64,000 nucleotides of DNA from Ylistrum balloti (taxonomy: Eukaryota). This document shows positions 55,001-62,004 of the stretch, in pieces. Under the pieces are notes generated by a model. The model made no database searches and was not told where the DNA came from. It was given only the letters and a program-made list of their open reading frames with translations. Both the position numbers and the translations under genes were made by a program. The DNA lies in NCBI RefSeq assembly GCF_031769215.1, contig NW_026782197.1:248001-312000 (forward strand). Reading direction: 5' to 3'. Each line of letters opens with the position of its first letter. Positions within the stretch are counted from its first letter, which is position 1.

Positions 55001-55977
55001 TCACAGTACAGGTAGGTCATCTACAGGTACCACAGGTATTTATAGTAGACAAAGGGTTACCTGGACAGTCACAGTACAGGTAGGTCATCTACAGGTACCA
55101 CAGGTATTTATAGTAGACAAAGGGTTACCTGGTCAGTCACACTACAGGTAGGTTATCTACAGGTACCACGGGTATTTATAGTAGACAGAGGGTTACCTGG
55201 TCAGTCACAGTACAGGTAGGGCATCTACAGGTACCACGGGTATTTATAGTAGACAAAGGGTTACTTGGACAGTCACAATACCGGTAGGTTTTCTACAGGT
55301 ACCACGGGTATTTATAGTAGACAAAGGGTTACCTGGTCAGTCACGGTACAGGTAGGTTATCTACAGGTATAAAGGTTTACCTGGACAGGTACTACTCATA
55401 TATATAAATTAATATTATTTTCAAAAATTTATGTATCTTAAAAATAAAAGTATGTGGATATACATAAAAATAATTCTGTGTTGTTAATTGTGTAGTTTGT
55501 GATGTAATTGTAGAGTGTTTGGTGTATATATATATACACTTCTGTCTTTTTCTGTTTTGAAAATAAAAAAAAAATCTCTCAGATACTAAATTCAACTTCA
55601 TAACTCTAAGAAGGCAATCTCCAAACTACCAAAATACCTGATGTATTCAAACGTATACATATTTAATTGTGTATTGAGATTGAATGTGATGTATCTGTGT
55701 TGAATAGAAAAATTTTTTTTTTTTGCTGTCTTCCTGGTACCTTTATATTGACAATGTAAATAGAATTGATATTCCCTGTTACAGAAACATTTTAATGTCA
55801 CCACACCCTGAGGATCTCAACACACCACAAGTGTTCCCTGGGATCGCAGCGGCACTCAAAGATGTTATCAGTGATCAGAACTGGTTACCAATGAAAGAAC
55901 AAATCTCTTATTTAATCATAGCTTTACAACAGGCCACAGACTTATTAAGTGACAGCATTCTCGGTGAAACACTCTGA
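9977..55977 (+). CDS. Spliced gene, 5'-incomplete: GCPII/NAALADase-like (peptidase M28B, PSMA/TfR family) protein, probably catalytically inactive. 17 exons, 2073 nt, about 690 aa plus stop
   Basis: Manual join 9977-10059,17672-17812,21778-21907,22628-22750,29368-29551,40621-40711,45878-45964,46520-46605,47980-48099,49619-49701,50333-50396,51193-51352,51879-51972,53147-53399,53645-53732,54307-54399,55785-55977. All introns are GT-AG and all phases are compatible. Family motifs occur in the expected order: [58 protein letters not shown]. Confidence 0.93.
10995..12200. repeat. Minisatellite, 39-40 bp unit, about 30 copies
   Basis: Unit TTATAGCTTTTAGGTGTACAGAGGGGTGTGGCCCAGAAGG. Confidence 0.95.
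12931..13630. repeat. 15 bp two-variant minisatellite, about 46 copies
   Basis: ATAAACTCAGCTTTG and ATAAAGTCTGCTTTG units interspersed. Confidence 0.97.
15264..15770. repeat. Minisatellite, about 54 bp unit, about 9 copies
   Basis: Unit CACAGGGGCCTGTAACAATGTTTCTGGGGATGAGGGTCTGTATGGTATACTAT. Confidence 0.95.
16690..16880. repeat. Degenerate tandem repeat, about 3 copies of 65-70 bp
   Basis: Recurring AATAAGCCC...CTACTTT...CAGATACTATATCATTGTC. Confidence 0.7.
17328..17505. mobile_element. 178 bp MITE with 10 bp TIRs and a 5 bp TSD
   Basis: CAGGGCTCTC (17328-37) and GAGAGCCCTG (17496-505), flanked on both sides by ACAGA. Confidence 0.75.
17672..17812 (+). CDS. Exon 2 ([12 protein letters not shown]...[22 protein letters not shown])
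   Basis: tttcag acceptor, gtaagt donor. Homologous to the PSMA PHLAGT...YDVLLSYPN segment. Confidence 0.9.
17840..20585. repeat. Composite minisatellite: runs of a 25 bp unit interrupted by a 61 bp extended unit
   Basis: CACTTCACCTCACTGGATAGCAAAT, with or without CTTGATATTCCAGGTTCAGTACATATATCCTTACATAC. Confidence 0.97.
20620..21680. repeat. 38 bp minisatellite with two TACAACTT half-units. Core 20790-21400, degenerate flanks
   Basis: Unit AAGTACAACTTCCAACTCTAAATACAACTTTACCTTTT. Confidence 0.9.
21778..21907 (+). CDS. Exon 3 (TNPNSVVV...[15 protein letters not shown])
   Basis: ttttcag acceptor, AAG|gtaact donor, PFNAFSP motif. Confidence 0.92.
22628..22750 (+). CDS. Exon 4, PA domain ([14 protein letters not shown]...[10 protein letters not shown])
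   Basis: ctttcag acceptor, gtaagt donor, LVYANYG motif. Confidence 0.95.
23035..23675. repeat. 62 bp minisatellite, about 10 copies
   Basis: Unit CCTCAGAACAATTGACCTAGTTACTGGCCCTAGACTTGTTCTGTTGACCTTTCCTCACCAGA. Confidence 0.97.
24675..25150. repeat. Degenerate 18 bp repeat (24675-24870) followed by 3 copies of a 70 bp unit (24945-25150)
   Basis: GTTGTCTATCAATGTTAT units, and TTCCCCCCTGAAGCATGATG... at 24951, 25021 and 25091. Confidence 0.85.
27095..28620 (+). mobile_element. Helentron/HINE-like non-autonomous element with internal 120-180 bp core repeats
   Basis: 5' AGTCATCTGAC...AGATGAC hairpin and repeated core (CAAAATGCTACTC...GAATGGATTTCAACCAAATTTGGTCTGAAACATCA). Long blocks shared with 33225-34478. 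Confidence 0.65.
29368..29551 (+). CDS. Exon 5, PA domain ([18 protein letters not shown]...[11 protein letters not shown])
   Basis: cctcag acceptor, gtaagt donor, YSDP and GDPLTPG motifs. Confidence 0.95.
29790..30040. repeat. Degenerate tandem repeat, about 40 bp
   Basis: Recurring GTTACATGGAATTGTCTCCCCTTCATT. Confidence 0.7.
30154..30400 (+). mobile_element. Possible degenerate tRNA-derived SINE
   Basis: A-box-like TTGCTCAGTCAGTTGAGC, B-box-like GGTTCAAGA at about 30206, and a core-like GTGTTTTTCAGCAGGGCATTTTATCCCTTGTGCTC. Confidence 0.35.
30706..30828. mobile_element. 123 bp Tc1/mariner-type MITE
   Basis: TA|CAGTGATC ... GATCACTG|TA: TA TSD and CAGTG termini. Confidence 0.65.
31290..31760. 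repeat. Degenerate tandem repeat, about 85-90 bp period with sub-repeats
   Basis: Recurring CAACACCTGATGT...AATGACTGTAGTCTAGTT...CACTAATA. Confidence 0.75.
33225..34478 (+). mobile_element. Second copy of the 27 kb HINE-like family, 5' end missing
   Basis: Shared AAACCCTACTCCT...TCATACCTGG block. The 3' end has GTCAGATGACT (reverse complement of the 5' motif of the 27 kb copy), then the GCCCATGGCC hairpin and CTTGTT. Confidence 0.65.
34490..35910. repeat. 57 bp minisatellite, interrupted by unrelated sequence
   Basis: Unit CATGAGCCAGTGATCTGGTCACATTCTCCATATTTGGAAATGAACCTCCCTATAGAA. Older degenerate copies lie at 33105-33220. Confidence 0.9.
36036..36325 (+). pseudogene. Fragments of a Tc1 transposase C-terminus interleaved with satellite
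   Basis: Pieces translate as [17 protein letters not shown] / LN / [15 protein letters not shown] / IALQEEWQR / RSM / VIDVR / GHT, matching the Tc1 WP..SPDLNPIE..W...ALQEEW...SM...VI.A.GGHT.Y tail. Confidence 0.75.
36160..38045. repeat. (TA)n-containing satellite TTGTATACAGGTAAGATTTTCTGGATTCTGG(TA)n. Main array 36520-36975, resuming at 37935-38045
   Basis: Tandem copies read directly, flanking the Tc1 remnant. Confidence 0.9.
36974..37934 (+). mobile_element. Tc1/mariner remnant: left end plus N-terminal two-thirds of the transposase (ATG 37266), with a premature TGA at 37452 and a frameshift near 37792
   Basis: HTH region, GRPR linker, FTDESRF (first D), GGGSVMVWG and YRDEIL motifs. Truncated before the second D. 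Confidence 0.92.
38770..39420 (+). mobile_element. HINE-like non-autonomous element, degenerate
   Basis: GTCGGTCCATCTGTCC microsatellite start and core repeats related to the 27/33 kb cores (GGGCCCGAAAAGGG, GGTCTGAAACATCA). Confidence 0.5.
39915..40070 (+). mobile_element. 5' end of a HINE-like element
   Basis: CTCACCTGGCCCAAAGAGCCAAGTGAG hairpin followed by (CGTC/GTCC)n. Confidence 0.6.
40621..40711 (+). CDS. Exon 6 ([29 protein letters not shown])
   Basis: tttatag acceptor, gtatta donor. Matches the family P.IP..PI.Y.DA motif. Confidence 0.9.
41090..41865. repeat. 68 bp minisatellite, about 11 copies
   Basis: Unit AAAATGTGCCTCCTTGCTCTCTTGTCAGGGTGTACATAAAAAGTACCTATTATGTACCTCATGTGTCT. Confidence 0.97.
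44395..44975 (+). mobile_element. HINE-like element (TGACCTT/AGGTCA core family)
   Basis: 5' hairpin region, CGTC stretch, core TGACCTTGACC...GAAGGTCACAGGGGTCAAAT, and 3' AGGCCTGTGAGCCTCT. Confidence 0.55.
45878..45964 (+). CDS. Exon 7 ([28 protein letters not shown])
   Basis: tttacag acceptor, gtaagt donor. Matches the family MGG..P..W.G.L...Y..GPG motif. Confidence 0.92.
45923..46367 (+). repeat. Tandem amplification (46-49 bp unit) of the exon 7 3' end plus splice donor, 9 donor copies
   Basis: Unit GTAAGTAAAACATCACCTACAGACTGGGACCAGGTTACCTGGACGACAG. The first copy is coding sequence. Confidence 0.97.
46520..46605 (+). CDS. Exon 8 ([28 protein letters not shown])
   Basis: tttcag acceptor, gtgagg donor, I.N.I..I.G motif. 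Confidence 0.9.
47980..48099 (+). CDS. Exon 9 ([22 protein letters not shown]...), contains the His377- and Asp387-equivalent Zn ligands
   Basis: tttcag acceptor, gtaagc donor, G.H.DSW and D..SG motifs. Confidence 0.95.
48205..48380. repeat. 26 bp minisatellite, about 6 copies
   Basis: Unit ATATGTCAGGGTTTGTATGGACATAG. Confidence 0.95.
48480..49440 (+). mobile_element. HINE-like element with about 120 bp core repeats and an intact 3' end
   Basis: Repeated TGACCTTGA...TCAAGGTCAC...CAAATTTGTTAAAA core. Ends CAGGTGAGCGATGCAGGCCCATTGGGCCTGATCTTGTT. Confidence 0.65.
49619..49701 (+). CDS. Exon 10 ([27 protein letters not shown]), catalytic EE replaced by TK
   Basis: tggtag acceptor, gtatgt donor, WRPRR.I.F..WD motif. 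Confidence 0.95.
50333..50396 (+). CDS. Exon 11 ([21 protein letters not shown]), contains the Asp453 equivalent
   Basis: tttacag acceptor, gtaaga donor, VAYIN.D motif. Confidence 0.93.
51193..51352 (+). CDS. Exon 12 ([17 protein letters not shown]...NSTQP)
   Basis: tttacag acceptor, gtaggg donor, GNY......SPL motif. Confidence 0.92.
51879..51972 (+). CDS. Exon 13 ([31 protein letters not shown])
   Basis: tttacag acceptor, gtaaat donor, SD...F...LGVPS motif. Confidence 0.92.
52175..52520 (+). mobile_element. HINE-like element (same family as 2620-3114)
   Basis: GTCCATCCGTCTGTCTGTCCG, internal GTGCAGTG repeats, 3' GATGGCCCTTGTT. Confidence 0.6.
53147..53399 (+). CDS. Exon 14 ([17 protein letters not shown]...FIDP...[12 protein letters not shown]...), His553 equivalent replaced by Ser
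   Basis: tcacag acceptor, gtaagt donor, YP.Y.T..DT, F.DP and LADS.I.PFD motifs. Confidence 0.93.
53645..53732 (+). CDS. Exon 15, helical domain ([16 protein letters not shown]...)
   Basis: tttttcag acceptor, gtaagt donor, phases fit both neighbours. Confidence 0.85.
54307..54399 (+). CDS. Exon 16 ([30 protein letters not shown])
   Basis: tttcag acceptor, gtaggt donor. Matches the family N..LM...R.FI...GLP....YR motif. Confidence 0.92.
54344..55390 (+). repeat. Tandem amplification (68 bp unit) of the exon 16 3' half plus splice donor, 15 donor copies
   Basis: Unit CAGGTACCACGGGTATTTATAGTAGACAAAGGGTTACCTGGACAGTCACAGTACAGGTAGGTCATCTA. The first copy is coding. Confidence 0.97.
55785..55977 (+). 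CDS. Terminal exon 17 ([20 protein letters not shown]...[17 protein letters not shown]...TL*)
   Basis: ttacag acceptor, FPGI and EQIS.....LQ.A motifs, TGA stop. Confidence 0.92.
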
Positions 55978-56129
55978 TCTGAAGATATCACTATTTTGTT
56001 TCTTCGTTTTACTGTCATTTCCTTTTCCAATTTTTCTGATGTGAGTTACAAGGTATGCATGAAGAGAAGCCGAGGACTGAAGCTGTCAATCATGTTTTTT
56101 TTTTATTTCATTGTTGTAATTAGTTTTAC

Positions 56130-56188
56130 AATAAATCTGACTTTATTTATAGAATAATGAAAATATATGTATATATATAAAAAATAAA
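56130..56188 (+). promoter_or_regulatory. Candidate polyadenylation signals (AATAAA at 56130 and 56183)
   Basis: Hexamers 150-210 nt after the stop codon. The sequence is AT-rich, so chance matches are possible. Confidence 0.4.
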
Positions 56189-57629
56189 TGCATCATTGTT
56201 GATGCAGAAACTGCTTAAATGGTGAAAGATACTGCTTAATTAAAATTTCTAAGAATGTTTGGTAATGTGTGTAAAATTTGTATGTATGTAATTACATGTG
56301 AATTGAGAATGTATTTGTACATATAGAGAAGATGTGTTCAAATGTATGAACTTTTATTTCTTGACTGAGTTATATTGTGATAAAATGATATTGTGTATAA
56401 TTATCCAAAGTTTATCTGATCTCTGACTAAATTTACGATAGGACACCCTACCAGTATTCAATGTATGTGCAAGTGTTAAAGTCCAATTTTACTCTTTTTT
56501 CGCTATGATTGACAGAAACACTTATTGTTTAATGTTGAAAAAAACTGGTGATATGATTTCCTTACAATATCTGGTGATTCAGAGATGAACTCCTCAAAAA
56601 AGCGATTCTTTTTTAAATTTTAAATGTGTGATCTGTTTTTAAGATCCAATTCTGCAGTGAGTATTTAGCAAAGTATGGATTTTTTTTTTATCAACCAAAT
56701 GTTCACAAAAGCATACCTTCATTTTATGAGAATTGATTTATTGAATATATTTGCTGTTTATTACCTGTTAACATGTATTTATCATGAGTGGCTCTCACCA
56801 CTGCCAAAACTGAAAATAAAACTTCTTCTCCAAACTGATGTGAGGATATACACCAGAAGATGCTTCTGTACAGGTGTCAGAGGACGTTAAGAGTTACCTA
56901 CCTTAGTCCACAACCAGTATTTAATATTTACCTTGTGTTACAAATCAAGTTTTAGTTAACATATTACTGCATTCAGAAAAATGATCAATATTACAGTTTT
57001 AAATTTAAGTCCGCTTTGTGTTAACATCATGCAGACTAACATGTGCATCACTGCTTGTCAAGCTTTCAACTTAAAGGTCTCTGTTCAAAATTACTAACAA
57101 CTTTTGAGAAAATATTTTTTGATGTTTTTTAATACATCATATTTAGTATAAAATAAATATTGAAATATAAGGTTTGTGTACAAGATATCCCATGACAGAT
57201 TTTTTCCATTGTTACACTATCAGGTACTTAATTATTAGATTGTAATCAGTAATGATTAAAGGTCAGAGATCACACATGATTTGAAGATTGCTCATAAAGA
57301 TATATCATGAACCACTCTACAGCTTTAATTAAAGATAAAGGAAAGAGATATATATCTATGTGAGCACTTGCTCATCTCATTTTGATTTCAAATGAAATAA
57401 GTTCTTATCATTTTCCATAAGAATTAACTTTCTAAACTTTCTGCTATGAGTACATGCTCGTTAATTTGTAATGACAAACTTTTTTGCTACTTAACTGTGT
57501 CTGAATATGATCACTGTCTTCCAACTCATTTACATGAAATCAAACCCCAACTTCTCTGACAAACACAATAAAAGTGGTTGTATTGAGGTGATAGGCTCAG
57601 TTTTAAAAATCAACACTGTTGTGGCAGGT

Positions 57630-58085
57630 AATGTGGATATTCTGACCTAGAAATGACGATATTCTGATAATCTTACATGGCAAGGTGGAAATTCTGACAT
57701 AGCAATGAGGACACTGATAATCTGACTTGGCAGCATGGATATTCTGACCTAGAAATGACGATATTCTGATAATCTTACACGGCAAGGTGGAAATTCTGAC
57801 ATAGCAATGAGGACACTGATAATCTGACTTGGCAGCATGGATATTCTGACCTAGCAATGAGGATATTCTGATAATTTGACATGGTAAATTGGAAATCTGA
57901 CATGGCAATGAGGACACTGATAATCTGACATGGTAATGAGGACACTGATAATCTGACATGGCAATGTGGAAATTCTGACCTAGCAATAAGGACATTCTAA
58001 TTTCACAATGTGGAAATTCTGACTAGTAATGTGGAAATTTTGATATGGCAATGAGGAAATTCTGATCTAGCAATGTGGACATTCT
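57630..58085. repeat. Repeat of about 21 bp sub-units containing a 102 bp higher-order duplication
   Basis: GGATATTCTGACCTAG at 57635 and 57737, and recurring GGAAATTCTGAC..AGCAATG. Confidence 0.85.
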
Positions 58086-58269
58086 GTCAATGCTGATGGT
58101 AAATACTTTAGCTTCAGTTATCTACTGGTCATTTATTATTGGGGTTACTTGTAGTGTTATTGGGGACTGTAATTTGCTGGATTGCCTTGATTTTTTCAAG
58201 TTAAAATATGTCTGTTTCACTATACTGTTTTAGGTCAGGGTAAATCCATCTCATATTCAAGTATTTAAG

Positions 58270-58640
58270 GTCATGGAATGTCTGTCTTACGATTCAGTGT
58301 TTTGTGTCATGGAATGTCTGTCTTACGATTCAGTGTTTTGTGTCATGGAATGTCTGTCTTACGATTCAGTGTTTTGTGTCATGGAATGTCTGTCTTACGA
58401 TTCAGTGTTTTGTGTCATGGAATGTCTGTCTCACGATGCAGTGTTTTAGGTCACAAAATGTCCATCTCAGAATGAAGGTTTGAATGTCATGGTATGTCCA
58501 TTTCTGGATCCAGTGTTTTAGGTCACCAAATGCCTATCTCAAAATGAAGTGATTTAAGGCCATGGAATGTCCATTTCACAATCCAGTGTTCTGTATCATA
58601 GAATGTCCATGTGACAATTTTGCTTCTGTGGTCAGTGAAT
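58270..58640. repeat. 36 bp minisatellite, about 5 good copies plus a decaying tail
   Basis: Unit GTCATGGAATGTCTGTCTTACGATTCAGTGTTTTGT. Confidence 0.92.
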
Positions 58641-60548
58641 GAATGTTGTATCTGCTGACACCTAAGTATATACGTTCCACTACATAGTAATGAAACTATA
58701 ATGCAACAGTGACTCTTCCAGATATTAAAATGTGGGGGAAAAAACTTTAAATGTACAAAAATCACCTAGTATTAATACAAAATGTCTTCCAAAATTAAAT
58801 ACCTACAGTAATTAATATTTTTAGTTAAAACATTTTAAATATCTTCATCAGATTTATATGTTGGATGAAAAAAAATCATGAAAAAGTCAATTTTACAGTA
58901 TTTAATAAATAATTTCTGAATGAGAATGTTAAATCTATCACTGAGCCAAAAAAAATGTGTAGTCCTGTAGACGCTAGCTAGATAGAAGAAAAGTGCATGT
59001 TTACAGAGAATACTTACACCCTACTTAGTTTACATGTAGCACTATTCCTGTAGATTTATCATGTAGATGTTAGGGTTGAGATCTATTTTTCTACTTGATA
59101 CCATACAGAATGTTGGTTTGTCTGTTGAGAGTGAAAGAAAAAGAAACTAAACTTCTGTACATAGATTATATGTAAATAGGAAATTCAAGAGAGATCATCG
59201 AATGAATACCAAGGTAGGTTTGTCCAATCGAAGTTAGAGTGAGCTCCCCTGTTAAAAATTGGAGTGATCTCCCTTGTTATACATTTAAGTGAACTCCCCT
59301 CTTTTACTTACATTAGAATGATTTTCACCGATATGTGTTAGAGTGATCTCCCCTTTATTTTCTTCTTCACAGCTCCTATATGATATATTATGCATATTCT
59401 TTTTACCTGTAAATTGATTGATCATAACTAATCATGCTGTATAAATGTCTTTAGTTCAGCAGAGAAATATCTGTTTTGAAGGAAACTTGTGATAAAATAA
59501 AATCTGAGAAGAAAGAACGAAGATGGTGTGTGAAGCAGAGATACCTTTAAACTTCTTGAAACATCTTCAGTATATCATATCATTGATCGCATAAAGATTT
59601 GAAATTCTTTAAGTATGTCTTTTAATCTTCCTCACCTTTTGTTTCCCTATCATTGTCATCACAGAGCAAGATTGAGCATCAGTTCAATCTTATTTTATCA
59701 GCAACACATACTTATTTCTTCACTTAATAAAATATTAGTCTAAAATGCAGTCCCCCTCATTATCTCTGTACAAATCTTGCATCTGCAGATGTTGACATTC
59801 TTTTTTTTTCTTCCTGTTGAAAGTCACCTGGAAATTGCTCAATCCAGACCAATCTTTTAACTAATTCTCATTTATATTGATATAACATAGTTTATAGATC
59901 TATCATTAGGATGAATGATATTCATAATACTAAAAATTATATAAGTTAATTAACTTCAATAATATTATTGTACTAGATTTTTCTGTAATGTCATGGAGCT
60001 TAGCTAATGTAATATCACGTTGCCAAAATTTACTAAAATGTCACTAAGCTTAGATTTACTATAATATATAATAATTTTTATTTAACTTTTAGTATGAAGT
60101 TTCAGTAGATTTGCATTTAACTGCATTTTAAGTAGGGTTAAAGTATCTTAAGTAGTGTTGTGTATTTATATATTTATTTCATGTTAAGTGTATTTTATGC
60201 AGATTGTATTTTATGTCGAGTGTATTTTACATACCCAGTATATTGTTATTTTATGGATAGTTTACATTAAGGATATATGTTTGGTGGTGGTTGTTTTAAG
60301 TTGTGATGATTTTCCTATTTCCTGTTTATTTTACGTTGTCCCATTCCATTTAGTTTAATCTCCAACAACATATATGTCTAGTTTATATACAGTTTACATA
60401 GTTTGAGATAAATGCATGTGTTTATTTATTTGTTGAAATGTTGAACTGACATTGTACATTGACTCCACATATTTTACTCAAGGTATGCCTTCTTTAAGTT
60501 CAGAGTAACGCCTATATGTTTTGTTATTAATCTACCATGACATTAACA

Positions 60549-60675
60549 TGGATCTGGTCTGGTCATGACCAAGATCTAGTCTGGCACTGACCTAGATCTA
60601 GTCTGACCCTGACCTAGATTTAGTCTGGCTTTGACCTAGATCTAGTCTGGACATGACCTAAATCTGATCTGATCC
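60549..60675. repeat. 22 bp palindrome-containing tandem repeat, about 5-6 copies
   Basis: Unit TGACCTAGATCTAGTCTGGNNN. Confidence 0.85.
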
Positions 60676-61359
60676 ATCAATCTTTATCAAGTGAGTGAAA
60701 TGAAATTGTAATCAGTAAATTTTCATGATTGAAAATGAAAATATTTAGGTGAACATGTTTTTAGAACTTGACTTATGTCGAGTTGTTTGTTCTGTTACTT
60801 ATTTTACATTTTTCTCCGGAGCTTGTGTATAAAAGATGGGTATGATAATGCTCATAACCTATCAATCATTTCTACCACTGTTAGATAGCCAAACATTTCA
60901 GATTTCCATAAAACTACCCTCATACTTACTTCATTTTACCTGTATTTATTCAGAATCACTACCATATCTAGCAATTTTTACTGGTCAAAAGTTTTGCAAT
61001 TTTCTTTTGAATTGACTGAATAATATTTAAACAAATTCGGATTTCATGATCGGGATGTGAACGGACATCTAGTATACTCATGTCCCATTATTTCATGGAT
61101 TAAATTTTCACAATTAAGTTAATGTACCGTGAAATAATGAAAATAGTATCCCGTGATAAAGAGGTATAGAAATGAAGAATGGATTACTCGATCTGCTTAT
61201 AAACTCATCGGGTTATCGTTTACAGTCAGATTGGCATTGTGGTGAGTATGAGTGTGTGAGAATTTATTTCCATATGTAATACAAATAGTATTGATCAAGG
61301 AAAAATAAAATATTGCTTGTTCATTGTAATTGTTTCATGTCTTTTTTGTGGAAGAAAAA

Positions 61360-61519
61360 GTCTGGACATTTCACCTCACTGCATCACAATATTCATGACG
61401 TCACAATCACGGGGCTGTTATCTGAAGACATCAACACAAACCGCTGTCTCCGTATGGAAGAAAGCTGGATTAGAATATTAGGAACTTCTCAACCAGAAGG
61501 TTTGAACATTATAGCATAA
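61360..61519 (+). mobile_element. 3' tail of a Penelope-like element (C-terminal part of a GIY-YIG endonuclease)
   Basis: HFTSLHHNIHDVTITGLL...RLRMEESWIRILGTSQPEGLNI* matches the PLE HF...H...D....GL...E..WI..L.T..P.GLN signature. Confidence 0.75.
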
Positions 61520-61522
61520 TAG

Positions 61523-62004
61523 AAAAATAATGTAGTTGTTTACGGAATAGAGGAGAGTAGATCTATAGAAAAGCATCAACGGAGAGAAGAAGATAAGTAA
61601 TATTGAAGATATTAAAAACGTGCAATGTGAACACAGAGACAGAGGAACCCATCATAGGGAAAGTTGTAAGACTTGGCAGACTGAGGGATCCACAGACTGA
61701 GAGCCAAAGGGGAGAAGAAACAAATATAAGGAGTAGAGTCAGAGGGAGGCCCATTCTAGTTTCATTCAACAAAAAGGAAACTAAATCAGATTTATTTCAG
61801 AATATCAGGAATCTAAATTCTATTAAGGGAATGAGCAGTATCAGAATCTCCAATGATCTGACAAAAACAGAAAGAGACCAAGAAAAATTGCTGCAGGCAG
61901 AAGCCAGAAAAAAAGAGACACAGTCATCGGGGGAATTCAGATACAGAGTGCGGGGGCCACCATGGGCGAGGAAAGTGATAAAAGTAAAAGCGAATGCAAA
62001 CTAG
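61523..62004 (+). pseudogene. LINE ORF1 C-terminal part, 5'-truncated, with a frameshift near 61598
   Basis: KNNVVVYGIEES...REEDK in one frame, then VVRLG...RPILVSF...IRISNDLTKTER...YRVRGPPW in the next frame. Confidence 0.8.
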
